64,000 nt of DNA from Oscillospiraceae bacterium (GCA_017403885.1 JAFRDM010000066.1:21558-85557); one strand, 5' to 3'. Shown: positions 16,911 through 26,867, numbered from the stretch's first letter. Translations and numbers: made by a program. Notes: generated by a model from the letters alone, not told the origin.

Positions 16911-18596
16911 ATGAAAAAATTCGTTTCTCTTCTCCTGCTTCTGGCGATGGTCTTCACGCTTTTCTGCGGAGCGGCCTTTGCCGACGACGCCCCCGCCGAG
17001 GAGGCGCCGGAGCGCAGCGCCGACGTGGTGATCCTCTTCACCAGCGACATCCACTGCGGCGTCGATCAGGGCTTCGGTTATGCCGGGCTTGAGGCGGTCC
17101 GCGACTATCTGGTCGCCCAGGGCAACGACGTTATCCTTGTCGACAACGGCGACAATATCCAGGGCGAGCCGATCGGTACGATGTCCAAGGGCGAGGAGCT
17201 TGTCAAGCTGATGGACCAGATGGGCTACGCGCTGGCGATCCCCGGCAACCACGAGTTCGACTACGGCATGGATCAGTTCCTTGCGCTGGCCGGGAAGGCC
17301 AAATTCGAGTATCTCAGCTGCAACTTCAACCGTGAGGGCGAACTGGTGTTCCGGCCTTACGCGATCAAGGATCTGGGCGGCGCAAAGGTCGCCTTCGTCG
17401 GTGTGACCACACCCAAGACGCTTACCAGCTCCACCCCGAAGTATTTCCAGAATGAAGACGGCGAGTTCATCTACGGCTTCTTCCAGGACGAGACGGGCGA
17501 GGGCGTCTATAACGCCGTGCAGAAAGCCGTCGACGACGCCCGCGCGGAGGGAGCCGACTACGTGGTCGTGATGGGCCACATGGGCGACGAGCTCGAGTGC
17601 GCTCCCTGGAAATATGACGACGTGATCAGCCATGTCAGCGGCATCGACGTCTTCCTTGACGGCCACAGCCACGACACCAACCAGGTCGTCATGAAGGACA
17701 AGGACGGCAAGGAGGTTATCCGCTCCGCCTGCGGCACCAAGCTGGCCTGCATCGGCTGGTGCCGGATCGACGTCGAGGGCAAGATCACGGCCGGCGTCTA
17801 CACCTGGAACAACGACGCTCCCGTGCCCGAGATGCTCGGACTCCAGAACAAGATGTCCAAGGCGGTCGACGCCTCGAAGACCGCTCTTGACAAGAAGCTC
17901 AAAGAGGTCGTCGCCTCCTCCGCCGTACTGCTGACGGTCAACGATCCCGAGGCGGTCGACGAGAACGGCAAGCCCGTCCGCATGGTCCGCCGCGCCGAGA
18001 CCAACCTCGGCGACCTCTGCGCGGACGCCTACCGCATCCAGTCCGGCGCCGACATCGCGTTCGTCAACGGCGGCGGCGTGCGTGCGAACATCGGCGCGGG
18101 CAACGTCACGCTCAACGATATCCTCAAGGTGCACCCCTTCGGCAACGCCATGTGCGTGGTCGAGGTCAAGGGCCAGCAGATCCTTGACGCGCTCGAGTGG
18201 GGCGCCCGCAAGGTGCCCGGCGAGAACGGCGGCTTCCTGCAGGTCTCCGGCCTGAGCTACGAGATCCACAGCTATCTGCCCGATCCCTGCAAGGTGGACG
18301 AGAACACGATGTGCGCCGGATTCGAGGGCGAGCGCCGTGTGAAGAACGTCCTGGTGGGCGGCGAGCCCATCGATCCCGAGGCCACTTACACGCTGGCCAG
18401 CCATGACTACATGCTGCTCAACAACGGCGACGGCTACACCGCTTTCGACGGAGCCACGCTGCTGCAGGATCGCGTCAAGCTGGACAATCAGGTGCTGATC
18501 GACTACATCGTCGAAGATCTCGGCGGTGTGATCGGCGAGGAATATGAAGATCTCACAGGCGACGGCCGCATCGTCATCATCGACGAGGCGCCCTGA
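16911..18596 (+). CDS. Secreted bifunctional metallophosphatase/5'-nucleotidase (UshA family)
   Basis: GGAGGG RBS. Signal peptide MKKFVSLLLLLAMVFTLFCGAAFA. Metallophosphatase motifs DIHCG, GDN and GNHEF, plus a C-terminal 5'-nucleotidase domain. Confidence 0.9.
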   Translation: MKKFVSLLLLLAMVFTLFCGAAFADDAPAEEAPERSADVVILFTSDIHCGVDQGFGYAGLEAVRDYLVAQGNDVILVDNGDNIQGEPIGTMSKGEELVKLMDQMGYALAIPGNHEFDYGMDQFLALAGKAKFEYLSCNFNREGELVFRPYAIKDLGGAKVAFVGVTTPKTLTSSTPKYFQNEDGEFIYGFFQDETGEGVYNAVQKAVDDARAEGADYVVVMGHMGDELECAPWKYDDVISHVSGIDVFLDGHSHDTNQVVMKDKDGKEVIRSACGTKLACIGWCRIDVEGKITAGVYTWNNDAPVPEMLGLQNKMSKAVDASKTALDKKLKEVVASSAVLLTVNDPEAVDENGKPVRMVRRAETNLGDLCADAYRIQSGADIAFVNGGGVRANIGAGNVTLNDILKVHPFGNAMCVVEVKGQQILDALEWGARKVPGENGGFLQVSGLSYEIHSYLPDPCKVDENTMCAGFEGERRVKNVLVGGEPIDPEATYTLASHDYMLLNNGDGYTAFDGATLLQDRVKLDNQVLIDYIVEDLGGVIGEEYEDLTGDGRIVIIDEAP

Positions 18597-18609
18597 TCCG
18601 ACGCAAGGA

Positions 18610-18661
18610 CCCGAAGAAAAGACCTGCGGTGAAAACCGCAGGTCTTTTCTTCGGGATTTTT
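18610..18661. terminator. Bidirectional rho-independent terminator
   Basis: 20-bp stem cccgaagaaaagacctgcgg/ccgcaggtcttttcttcggg followed by attttt. Confidence 0.8.
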
Positions 18662-18662
18662 C

Positions 18663-20135
18663 TTATTTCATTTTCAGCGCGTTCCCGCGATTCCACAGCC
18701 GGTCGTAGGAAAAGCCCGTGACCTTTTCGCATACCGCGATCTCTTCGGGGGTGATCACGCTGCCGTCCTCGCCTTTGCGCCGGGAGATCTCGCGGCGGAT
18801 CACCTGAAATTCCTCTTTGCTCATGGGGAACTTCGCCGTGAAAAAGATCGTGACGAGACACAGCAGGATCGGCACAAAGATGTAGATATAGGCGATGCCC
18901 GTCTGCGTCGCGGCGGCCTGCCGCGCGCCGGCGGAGGCGATCGTCTCGTCATAGCCCACCATTGAGAGCAGCACGCCGATGATGAACACGCTCAGTCCCG
19001 CGCAGATCTTGCGGATAAAGGTCGCCATGCCGGAGCAGATGCCGGGGCGGTTGATGGAGGTGATCAGCTCGTCCACATCCGCCATGTCCGCGAGGATCGC
19101 GTAGATCGTCGTGGAGGAGCCGGCCATGCCCAGACCGATGATGAAGGTCAGGCCAAGGATCACGGGGAAGCTGGCGCCCTCGTGAGAGAAGGCCAGCATC
19201 GCCAGCGTCGCGGCGATGCGCACCGGGAAGCCGATGAGGATCGGCGTCTTCTTGTTGGTCCTCGCCATAACGGGATTGAAGATCAGCATACCGATGAACT
19301 GGGAGATGAGGATCACGCCCATAAGGTAGGTAAAGCGCCCGCCCCCGTATGCGTTGAGCGTCTCGTCCACATAGTACACCGCAAGGCCGGTCACAAAGTC
19401 GGTGGCCGCCTGACCGAAGATGAATATCGCGATGAAGAAGCGGAAAGCGCGGCTCTTGTACGCGGTAAAGGACTGGACGAAGCTCTCCCTCAGGCTGACC
19501 TTCAGGACGGGCTTCTGCTTTTCCCAGGTTCCGAAGAAGGTCAGCAGGATCGCGATGCAGAAGATGATGCCGAAGATGAAGGCTACGATCAGATAACGGC
19601 TGCTGTCGGTGTTGTCGGTGATGATCAGCGTGGACAGAAGCGCCGCGATGATGTTGCCGAAGGCCGAGAAAGCCATGCGCGTGCCGGTAAAGCGCCCGCG
19701 CAGGGTATAGTCGTCCACCATGTCCGGCAGCAGCGCATTGTAGGGAACCATCACGATCGTGAAGCCAGTAGAGAAGAGCATATACATCAGCATATAGAAG
19801 ATGTACTTCAGCCCCATTTCCGCCTGCGGCAGCGGGACCCACATCAGGATAAAGGTGATTGCCGAGACGATGCTGCCGATGAGGATGTAGAAGCGCTTCG
19901 CGCCGAAGCGGGACTGCGTGCGGTCGGTGATGTTGCCCATGACCGGGTCGGTCACAGCGTCCCAGACCTTGCCGAGCAGAGGGATCGTGCCGGCCAGCGC
20001 CGGCGACATACCGAGAGCCTTGGTGAGGAACACCGTAAAGAAAGTGCCGATGACGACGAAAGCGCCGCCGCCGTAGATGTCCGCCGCGCCGTAGGCGCAG
20101 CGGGCGAGCAAGCTGTGTTCGCGGTCTTTTTTCAT
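18663..20135 (-). CDS. MFS transporter, glycoside-pentoside-hexuronide (GPH):cation symporter family
   Basis: GKVWDAVTDPVMGNITDRTQSRFGAKR signature region; 12 predicted helices; AAGGGGA RBS. Confidence 0.85.
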   Translation of the reverse strand: MKKDREHSLLARCAYGAADIYGGGAFVVIGTFFTVFLTKALGMSPALAGTIPLLGKVWDAVTDPVMGNITDRTQSRFGAKRFYILIGSIVSAITFILMWVPLPQAEMGLKYIFYMLMYMLFSTGFTIVMVPYNALLPDMVDDYTLRGRFTGTRMAFSAFGNIIAALLSTLIITDNTDSSRYLIVAFIFGIIFCIAILLTFFGTWEKQKPVLKVSLRESFVQSFTAYKSRAFRFFIAIFIFGQAATDFVTGLAVYYVDETLNAYGGGRFTYLMGVILISQFIGMLIFNPVMARTNKKTPILIGFPVRIAATLAMLAFSHEGASFPVILGLTFIIGLGMAGSSTTIYAILADMADVDELITSINRPGICSGMATFIRKICAGLSVFIIGVLLSMVGYDETIASAGARQAAATQTGIAYIYIFVPILLCLVTIFFTAKFPMSKEEFQVIRREISRRKGEDGSVITPEEIAVCEKVTGFSYDRLWNRGNALKMK

Positions 20136-20217
20136 GTTTTTTCCCCTTTTGCTTTCCTGCAGACGGACTATCCATAAAATACCATAGACGCGCTGCGTTT
20201 ACAAGCCGCGGCGGACG

Positions 20218-20255
20218 CAAAAAGGACCTGCGGCACGCCGCCGAGGTCCTTTTTT
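20218..20255. terminator. Rho-independent terminator (A-run/T-run flanked hairpin)
   Basis: Stem aaaaggacct/aggtcctttt located after the stop of the 20264-20860 gene. Confidence 0.6.
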
Positions 20256-20263
20256 GCTTTTGC

Positions 20264-20860
20264 TTATTCCTTTGTGCCGATGCGGATCGTATCAAGCAGC
20301 TCCCGGAGATCCTCTCCCCCGGCGAGCTCCTCGATCGTCTTGTCGCAGCCCTGCGCCTTGAGCAGCGTGAGCAGCAGATAGCTGTACTCGTCCACGCCCA
20401 GACAGAAGCAGACGCCGTCGCCCTCGCGGTAGCGGAAGCCCTCGACGCCGTTGAAGGAGACGCGCGCGAAGCCGGGATATTTCTTCTCCGCCGCGGCGGT
20501 GATGAAGGGAAGATCCTCGCCTTTGTAGTAGGAGGCGTATTCCATCTGCATCGAGAAATCCTCGCCGGTGACGACGGCGACGTGCGAATCGCTGGAATAG
20601 CTGAGAAAATCCTCGCCGATCACGTCGAAGCCGAAGCGCAGCGCGTCGTAGTCGAGCAGGACCTCCACGGTCCTGGCATCCTGAAAACCGGAGACGAAGC
20701 TGTACTCGCCCGTTTTCATCATCCTCTCGCGCGGCACGGCTTTCTTTTCGGCGGGGGCGCTTTTGGCTCCGCCCTCGTCCCGCTTCTTCAGCAGCAGCGC
20801 CGCGGCGGCGCCGCCGACGGCCAGCAGGCCCAACGGCGCGATCACTTTCCATTTGTTCAT
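20264..20860 (-). CDS. Hypothetical membrane-anchored protein
   Basis: GGAGGG RBS and an N-terminal anchor helix MNKWKVIAPLGLLAVGGAAAALLL. No recognisable family. Confidence 0.6.
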   Translation of the reverse strand: MNKWKVIAPLGLLAVGGAAAALLLKKRDEGGAKSAPAEKKAVPRERMMKTGEYSFVSGFQDARTVEVLLDYDALRFGFDVIGEDFLSYSSDSHVAVVTGEDFSMQMEYASYYKGEDLPFITAAAEKKYPGFARVSFNGVEGFRYREGDGVCFCLGVDEYSYLLLTLLKAQGCDKTIEELAGGEDLRELLDTIRIGTKE

Positions 20861-20916
20861 GACAGTCCCTCCGTTTCTCGCTTTGGATTTACTATATCAC
20901 GAACAGGGCGCTTTGT

Positions 20917-21951
20917 TCAAGCCTGCGGAGCATCCTTGTTCTGTCCGGCGGGCTGTTTTTCGCGCTTCGCTCTGACGCGGCGGCGGATACGGCGCACAAG
21001 GAGGACGACGAGCACGACGATCACGCCCAGGAGGATCAGCGCCGGCAGCGCCTCGATCAGCCAGAGCAGCAGATCGCGGAAGAACTCGCCGACGGACTTC
21101 AGCCCGCGGCTGAGCGCCAGCCCAAGCTGCTGAACGAAGGAGAGCTTCGCCTCGGGCGTGTACTCCTGCACCTCCTCCACGGACAGGGAGATCGTGCTGT
21201 AGCTGACCTGGCGGTCCCAGTTCGTCAGCTGGGACTGGAGGCTTTCGATATGATAGCGCACGTCGGAAAGCTGGTCCTGGATCTCCAGCAGATCGGAGAC
21301 GGTCTCGGCCTTCTCCATCATGTCCAGCAGGCTCTGCTCCTGCGTGCGGAAAGCGTTGAGCCGCGCCTGCACGTCGTAGTACTGGCTGGTGATGTTTTCG
21401 GTATAGGTATTGCTGTAAGGGACGTTGCCAAGCGTGGAGAGGGCGTTCATGATCGAGGCAAAGTCGCGGCTGGGGATGCGGATGCGGTAATCCGCGCTGC
21501 GGGAGGAAGCGTAGCCGTGCGAGCTGTGGTAATAATTGTTGCCGCTGACGCTGCTCGACTCGATAAAGCCGCCGTACTGGGCGATCATCGCTTCGAGCTT
21601 TTCGAGCGTATCGTCAAAGTCGGTGGTCTCCACGGTGGCGCTGGCCGAGTAGATGATCTTGTCCACGGCGATGTCGCCGGCGTCGGGCGTTTTTCCGCTC
21701 TCGGAACCGGCGAGCGCCGCGGCGTTTGCCGAGCCGTTCGACGAGGAGAAGCCTCCCCAGGCCGCTTCTTCCGCGTCCATGGGATATTCCGGTTCGGGAA
21801 CGGGAAGCCCGTCATAGGCGGCGCTGCTGCTGTAGGCCGGCGCGGCGGCCGGGGAGGAGTAATAGCTCTGGCCCTTCGCGGCGGCCTGGCCGCAGCCCGC
21901 GAGGGAGAGAAGGATCACAAGAGCGAGAAGCAGGGAAAAGGTCTTTTTCAT
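20917..21951 (-). CDS. DUF4349-like lipoprotein with C-terminal TM anchor
   Basis: Lipobox LLSLAGC; coiled-coil-like segment ...VQARLNAFRTQEQSLLDMMEKA...; C-terminal helix; AAGGAGG RBS. Confidence 0.7.
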   Translation of the reverse strand: MKKTFSLLLALVILLSLAGCGQAAAKGQSYYSSPAAAPAYSSSAAYDGLPVPEPEYPMDAEEAAWGGFSSSNGSANAAALAGSESGKTPDAGDIAVDKIIYSASATVETTDFDDTLEKLEAMIAQYGGFIESSSVSGNNYYHSSHGYASSRSADYRIRIPSRDFASIMNALSTLGNVPYSNTYTENITSQYYDVQARLNAFRTQEQSLLDMMEKAETVSDLLEIQDQLSDVRYHIESLQSQLTNWDRQVSYSTISLSVEEVQEYTPEAKLSFVQQLGLALSRGLKSVGEFFRDLLLWLIEALPALILLGVIVVLVVLLVRRIRRRVRAKREKQPAGQNKDAPQA

Positions 21952-22045
21952 GGTTTTTTTCCTCCTTTTGTTGCTTGTTTTGTTATGATCGGGATCGTCT
22001 TACGCCCTATAGACGGTATACGGCGGGAAAAGTTCCCGGCAGGGG

Positions 22046-22084
22046 AGAAGAAAAACGGACCGAAAGCACGGCTTTCGATCCGTT
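22046..22084 (-). terminator. Rho-independent terminator of the PPIase gene
   Basis: 14-bp stem with one mismatch (aacggaccgaaagc/gctttcgatccgtt), with a T-run on the minus strand. Confidence 0.65.
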
Positions 22085-22101
22085 TTCTGCTTTGGCGGCG
22101 A

Positions 22102-23667
22102 TCAGCCGACGAGCTTCGCCCAGTAGCGCAGAACGGGCTCGAGGCCCTCGGTCTGCGCGGCGAGGAAGTCGCTCATGGCCGTGTTGGTCAAGGCGCTGCG
22201 TGCAATCGTGTTGCTGTAAAGATCGCCCTCGCCGACGAAGTAGACGAGATGGTAGCCGGCATAGCCGCCGTTCTCGCCGTAAACGACGCCGACGTCGCCG
22301 CTCTTGTGGCCGGAGAAGCAGAAGTCGTTGAACTCTTCCACCATCTGGCCCTGATAGATATTCTCGTACAGGCCGCCGTTCGTGTTCGAGCCGGCGTCCT
22401 CGGAGTACTTCTCGGCCAGCGCGGCAAAGCTCTCCTCGCTCCTGTCGCCCGCCTCGAACTCAGCCTTGATCTCGTTGATGCGGTCGAGCGCGACCTGCTT
22501 GGCCTTGTCGGAGAAGCTGCCGTCCTCAGAGGCGGCGGCCTTGATCAGGATATGACGCACGGAGACGGTGGGATAATGGTTGTCGTTGCGCGAGAGGAAC
22601 ACGGCCACGTGGTAGCCCGTGCCGTCGGAGGATTCAATCACGCTGATATCGCCGTTTTTGCGCGCGCTGTCACGCAGCCAGTCGCTCAGGTCGCCCAGAC
22701 TGCCGCCGGACACGCTGCTGCGCACGGTGGCGGAGCCGGCGTCGTACTCGGCCTCGATCGCGGCGTCGAGCCGCTCGACCGGGTCGTCGATATCATAGCC
22801 GTCCCGATAGGCCATCTCGATTGCCTCGGCGGTCATGCGGGCCTCGAGCAGGGTCTGCTCGGTCGGCGCGGCCTGCGCGTCCTCGCCCTCGCCCTCCGCG
22901 GGGACGGTCTCGGCGGCCACGGTGTAAACGGCATAGTCAAACAGATCGCTGCTGCCCTCGAGCGAGGCGTAATACTCCTCGAGCTCCTCGTCGGAATAGT
23001 CCAGCGAATCGGAGTAGGCCTGCAGCACCTTGGAGGCGAGCGTGCTTTCCGCCGTCATCGAACGGACGAGACGGGTGTTGACGCCCGTGCCGTACTGCGC
23101 GGCGAGGAAGCGGTTGGCGCTGGCATAGCCGTAGGACCTGGCGGCCTCGTCGAGCGCGGCGAGATCCTCGTCGAGCGCGGCGAGATCGGCTTCGTCGAGC
23201 GAGATCCCGTTCTGATCGGCGTAGTTCTTCAGCGCGGTGACCTGCAGAAGACTGTTCTCGGCGTTCTGGAGGAAGTAATCACGCCAGGTCTTGCCTTCCT
23301 CCAGCATGGGGCAGCTCTGCTGCGAGAGCGAAGCGACGCCCTGCGAGGTGTCCAGCCCGAAGAGGGAGGCATAGCTGCCGTAGTTGTTCAGAAAGCTGGT
23401 GTACTGACCGACATAGGAATAACTCAGCTCCGCTGGGGAGTAGTTCCGCCCTCCGACGGAGAGAGCGGCGGTGTGTTTGTAGAGAAAGCCGGAGTTGAGC
23501 AGAATGATGACGATCAGCAGGATCGCGACAAGGATCGATCCGATCGTCCAGCGGCGGCGGCTCTTGGCGGCCTTCTTCTCAGCCTCCTGCTGGGCGAGCA
23601 TTTTCTTGTCCGTGCCGGCCTCGCGTGCGGCGGCGCGGTTTTTTCTTTCGGTAGATGCGCTCATGAC
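22102..23667 (-). CDS. Membrane-anchored peptidylprolyl isomerase (PpiC/parvulin-type, PrsA/SurA-like)
   Basis: N-terminal TM WTIGSILVAILLIVIILL. Parvulin domain ...VRHILIK...GGLYENIYQGQMVEEFNDFCF...GYHLVYF. Start chosen at MSAST for RBS spacing; 23673 and 23685 are also possible. Confidence 0.8.
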   Translation of the reverse strand, partial: VMSASTERKNRAAAREAGTDKKMLAQQEAEKKAAKSRRRWTIGSILVAILLIVIILLNSGFLYKHTAALSVGGRNYSPAELSYSYVGQYTSFLNNYGSYASLFGLDTSQGVASLSQQSCPMLEEGKTWRDYFLQNAENSLLQVTALKNYADQNGISLDEADLAALDEDLAALDEAARSYGYASANRFLAAQYGTGVNTRLVRSMTAESTLASKVLQAYSDSLDYSDEELEEYYASLEGSSDLFDYAVYTVAAETVPAEGEGEDAQAAPTEQTLLEARMTAEAIEMAYRDGYDIDDPVERLDAAIEAEYDAGSATVRSSVSGGSLGDLSDWLRDSARKNGDISVIESSDGTGYHVAVFLSRNDNHYPTVSVRHILIKAAASEDGSFSDKAKQVALDRINEIKAEFEAGDRSEESFAALAEKYSEDAGSNTNGGLYENIYQGQMVEEFNDFCFSGHKSGDVGVVYGENGGYAGYHLVYFVGEGDLYSNTIARSALTNTAMSDFLAAQTEGLEPVLRYWAKLVG

Positions 23668-23828
23668 ATTCATCCTTTTTTCCATTTGATGCAAGCTTAG
23701 AGAAACAAGCCTGCATATTATAACGCAAAGCGACGCGCTGTTCAAGAGAGAAAGATAAAAAAGACCCCTCATATTTGCCGGATTTGCCGCATAGAATGAC
23801 GGTATGTCGGGATAAGGGAGGTCGAAGC

Positions 23829-23891
23829 ATGGAAAAGGACGTCGACGATTTCATTTTCGAGGACTGCGAAAGCTGCGTCAGCGGACGGTAA
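23829..23891 (+). CDS. Candidate 20-aa small ORF (MEKDVDDFIFEDCESCVSGR)
   Basis: Strong AAGGGAGG RBS 7 nt upstream of the ATG, with the stop abutting a terminator hairpin. Too short for the ORF track and there is no homology evidence. Confidence 0.3.
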   Translation: MEKDVDDFIFEDCESCVSGR

Positions 23892-23920
23892 AACGGGGAG
23901 TTAAGACACTCCCCGTTTTT
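23892..23920. terminator. Rho-independent terminator (serves prfB on the minus strand, and the small ORF on the plus strand)
   Basis: 10-bp stem aacggggagt/actccccgtt, with a T-run on plus and a 4-nt A-run upstream. Confidence 0.7.
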
Positions 23921-23940
23921 CTCTGTTGAGCAGGTTATTC

Positions 23941-25047
23941 TCAGGTCCCCGCCTTCATCGACAGGAAGGCGTTGATAAAGCCGTCAAGGTCGCCGTCCAT
24001 CACGCTCTGGATGTTGCCGGTCTCATACTCGGTGCGCAGGTCCTTGACGAGCTGATAGGGCATGAAGACGTAGGAGCGGATCTGGCTGCCCCATTCGATC
24101 TTCATCTGCACGCCCTTGATGTCGCTGATCTTTTCGAGATGCTCGCGCTCCTTGATCTCGGCAAGGCGCGCGCGCAGCATGTTGCGGCAGTTCTCAAGAT
24201 TCTGGAAATGGCTGCGCTCGACCTGGCTGGACACGACGATGCCCGTGGGGATGTGCGTCAGGCGAACGGCCGAGGAGGTCTTGTTGACCTTCTGCCCGCC
24301 CGCGCCGGAGGAGCGGAACACGTCCATCTTGATGTCCTCCTCGCGCAGCTCTATCTCGCCGGGATCGGAGATCTCGGGCATGACCTCGACCGCGGCGAAG
24401 GAGGTGTGCCGCCGCCCGGCCGCGTCAAAGGGGCTCACGCGCACGAGACGGTGCACGCCGTGCTCGCTCTTGAGAAAGCCGTAGGCGTTGTCGCCCTCGA
24501 TCATGATCGTGGCGCTCTTGATGCCCGCCTCGTCGCCGTCGAGATAGTCCATGACCTTGACCTTGTAGCCGTGGCGCTCGGCCCACATGTTGTACATGCG
24601 GTAGAGCATCGAGGCCCAGTCCTGCGCCTCGGTGCCGCCCGCGCCGGCGTGGAAGGTCAGGATCGCGTTGTTCGCGTCGTACTCGCCCGTCAGCAGGGTG
24701 GACAGGCGCATGGCCTCCGCCTTTTCGGAAAAGACGGCGAACTCGCTCTGCAGTTCTTCGAGCATCGACTCGTCGTTCTCCTCTATGGCCATCTCGCAGA
24801 GCGTGTACATATCGTCCCAGGACGCGCAGAGCTTTTCATAGCTCTCGACCTTGTTTTTGAGCGTCTTGAGACGCTTCTGCACCTTCTGGGATTTTTCCAC
24901 GTCGTTCCAGAAGCCGTCGCGCGCGCTCATGGTCTCAAGCTCTTCGATCTCCTTCGCCGCGCTCTCAAGCTTCAGCGCGCCGCGCAGGACTTCGAGCGTC
25001 GGCTTCGCGGCGTTCAGTTTGGCTTTGTATTCTTCAAATTCCAGCAT
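23941..25047 (-). CDS. prfB: Peptide chain release factor 2
   Basis: SPF tripeptide (RLVRVSPFD), GGQ motif (SSGAGGQKVNKT) and full-length similarity to RF2. Uninterrupted ORF from MLEFEEYKAKL. Confidence 0.92.
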   Translation of the reverse strand: MLEFEEYKAKLNAAKPTLEVLRGALKLESAAKEIEELETMSARDGFWNDVEKSQKVQKRLKTLKNKVESYEKLCASWDDMYTLCEMAIEENDESMLEELQSEFAVFSEKAEAMRLSTLLTGEYDANNAILTFHAGAGGTEAQDWASMLYRMYNMWAERHGYKVKVMDYLDGDEAGIKSATIMIEGDNAYGFLKSEHGVHRLVRVSPFDAAGRRHTSFAAVEVMPEISDPGEIELREEDIKMDVFRSSGAGGQKVNKTSSAVRLTHIPTGIVVSSQVERSHFQNLENCRNMLRARLAEIKEREHLEKISDIKGVQMKIEWGSQIRSYVFMPYQLVKDLRTEYETGNIQSVMDGDLDGFINAFLSMKAGT

Positions 25048-25258
25048 ATCGCTTACCACTTTCAGCAGTTTTTCAGACTTTACTATTATATACAAAAAGC
25101 AAGGAGTTGTAAATCGCTATTTTTATCTGCTTTTTTGCCCGGAGTTTCCGCCTTTTCTCTTCCCAAGAAGCGGAAAGTATGGTAAGATTACCGTGTATTA
25201 CTGCGAGTTCCGCCGCAGAACAGGCGCGGCGGAGAATGAATGGATGAGGAGAAAAAAC

Positions 25259-26221
25259 ATGATCGCACACGGCAAGGAAATCAAAGTTTTCTGCGGCAAT
25301 TCCAATCCCGCTCTGGCCGAAGAGATCTGCAGCCAGCTCTATACCAGGCTCGGCGAAGCGAGCGTCTCCCAGTTTGCCGACGGTGAATGCTCCATCTCCG
25401 TCGGGGAACCCGTCCGCGGCAAGGATGTGTTCATCGTCCAGTCCACCTGCAACCCGGTCAACGACCATCTCATGGAGCTGCTGGTCATGACCGACGCCAT
25501 GCGCCGCGCCTCCGCGGGACGCATCACCGCCGTGATCCCCTATTTCGGCTATGCGCGGCAGGACCGCAAAGCCAAAAGCAGAGATCCCATTTCCGCCAAG
25601 CTGGTGGCAAACCTGATCACCGCCGCCGGCGCCGACCGTGTCCTGACGATGGATCTCCACGCCGCCCAGATCCAGGGCTTTTTCGACATCCCCGTGGACA
25701 ACCTCATGGGCGCGCACCTGTTTGCCAAGCACTATATCAAGCAGTACGGAAAGAACAACGAAGAAGTGATGGTCGTCTCCCCGGACGTGGGCAGCACGGC
25801 CCGCGCCCGCGCCTTTTCGATGAAGCTGGGCGTGAACATGGCCATCGTGGACAAGCGCCGCGAAAAGGCCAACCAGTCCGAAGTCATGAACATCATCGGC
25901 AACGTCGAGGGCAAGAAGTGCATTCTGCTCGACGATATCGTCGACACCGCCGGCTCGCTCGTCGGCGCCGCGAAGGCGATCTCCGAGATCGGCGGCGCGA
26001 AGGAGGTCTACGCCTGCGCCACGCACGGCGTGCTCTCCGGCCCCGCGATCGAGCGCATCGAGAACAGCTGCATCAAAGAGCTGCTCTTCCTCGACACGAT
26101 CCCCTATCCCAAGGACAAGCCCAAATGTGACAAGATCCGCTACCTCTCCACCGCGCCGGTCTTCGCCGAGGCGATCCGCCGCATTTACGAGGAGGTCTCG
26201 ATCTCCAACCTGTTTGATTAA
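25259..26221 (+). CDS. prs: Ribose-phosphate pyrophosphokinase
   Basis: ...IKVFCGNSNPALAEEI..., GYARQDRK and the PRPP-binding loop LLDDIVDTAGS. GAGGAG RBS. Confidence 0.93.
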   Translation: MIAHGKEIKVFCGNSNPALAEEICSQLYTRLGEASVSQFADGECSISVGEPVRGKDVFIVQSTCNPVNDHLMELLVMTDAMRRASAGRITAVIPYFGYARQDRKAKSRDPISAKLVANLITAAGADRVLTMDLHAAQIQGFFDIPVDNLMGAHLFAKHYIKQYGKNNEEVMVVSPDVGSTARARAFSMKLGVNMAIVDKRREKANQSEVMNIIGNVEGKKCILLDDIVDTAGSLVGAAKAISEIGGAKEVYACATHGVLSGPAIERIENSCIKELLFLDTIPYPKDKPKCDKIRYLSTAPVFAEAIRRIYEEVSISNLFD

Positions 26222-26226
26222 GGGAC

Positions 26227-26820
26227 ATGTTTTTCAGAAAAAGCGGCGGGGCGTCCTGGCTGATCGTCTTTCTGGGCAATCCTGGCCGGGAGTATGAAAA
26301 TACCCGCCACAACGCCGGCTTCCTCGCGGCGGACGCGATGGAAAAGCGTCTCGGCGTCAGGATCAACAAGCTCAAATTCCGCTCGCTCACGGCGCTGGTA
26401 AAGGTCGGGGGCGAGGGGGTGCTGCTCCTCAAGCCCCAGACCTATATGAACCTCTCGGGCCAGGCCGCGGGCGAGGCCGCGCGCTTTTATAAGATCCCGC
26501 CCGAGCGCGTCATCGTGATCTCGGACGAGACGGCGCTGCCCCTGGGCCGTATCCGTGTGCGCCGCTCCGGCTCCGCGGGCGGACACAACGGGCTGAAGGA
26601 CGTCATCGCCGCCCTCGGGACCGAGGATTTCCCGCGTATCCGGCTCGGCGTCGGCGGCAAGCCGCACGAGGACTACGACATGCGCGACTGGGTGCTCTCC
26701 CGCTTCGCGGGAAAGGACGCCGAGACGATCGCCGACGCGGCCGACCGCGCCGCAGAGGCCGCGCTGTGCTACATCGAAAAAGGTCCCGACGAGGCCATGA
26801 ACCGGTATAATCAAAAATAA
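26227..26820 (+). CDS. pth: Peptidyl-tRNA hydrolase
   Basis: LIVFLGNPGREYENTRHNAGF... is the canonical Pth N-terminus. Confidence 0.93.
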   Translation: MFFRKSGGASWLIVFLGNPGREYENTRHNAGFLAADAMEKRLGVRINKLKFRSLTALVKVGGEGVLLLKPQTYMNLSGQAAGEAARFYKIPPERVIVISDETALPLGRIRVRRSGSAGGHNGLKDVIAALGTEDFPRIRLGVGGKPHEDYDMRDWVLSRFAGKDAETIADAADRAAEAALCYIEKGPDEAMNRYNQK

Positions 26821-26867
26821 GAAACCATTTCACGCAGCAAAAAAAACGGAAGGAAGAAGAGTGAAGC

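Noticed and set aside
21250-23700. 816-aa plus-strand ORF spanning the DUF4349 and PPIase genes
   Set aside because: This is an antisense artefact rich in G/A/V/R. The minus-strand genes have signal/lipobox features, a parvulin domain and good RBSs.
24960-25047. Programmed +1 frameshift site in prfB
   Set aside because: There is no in-frame UGA or CUU-UGA-C motif, and the ORF is continuous from the start codon.
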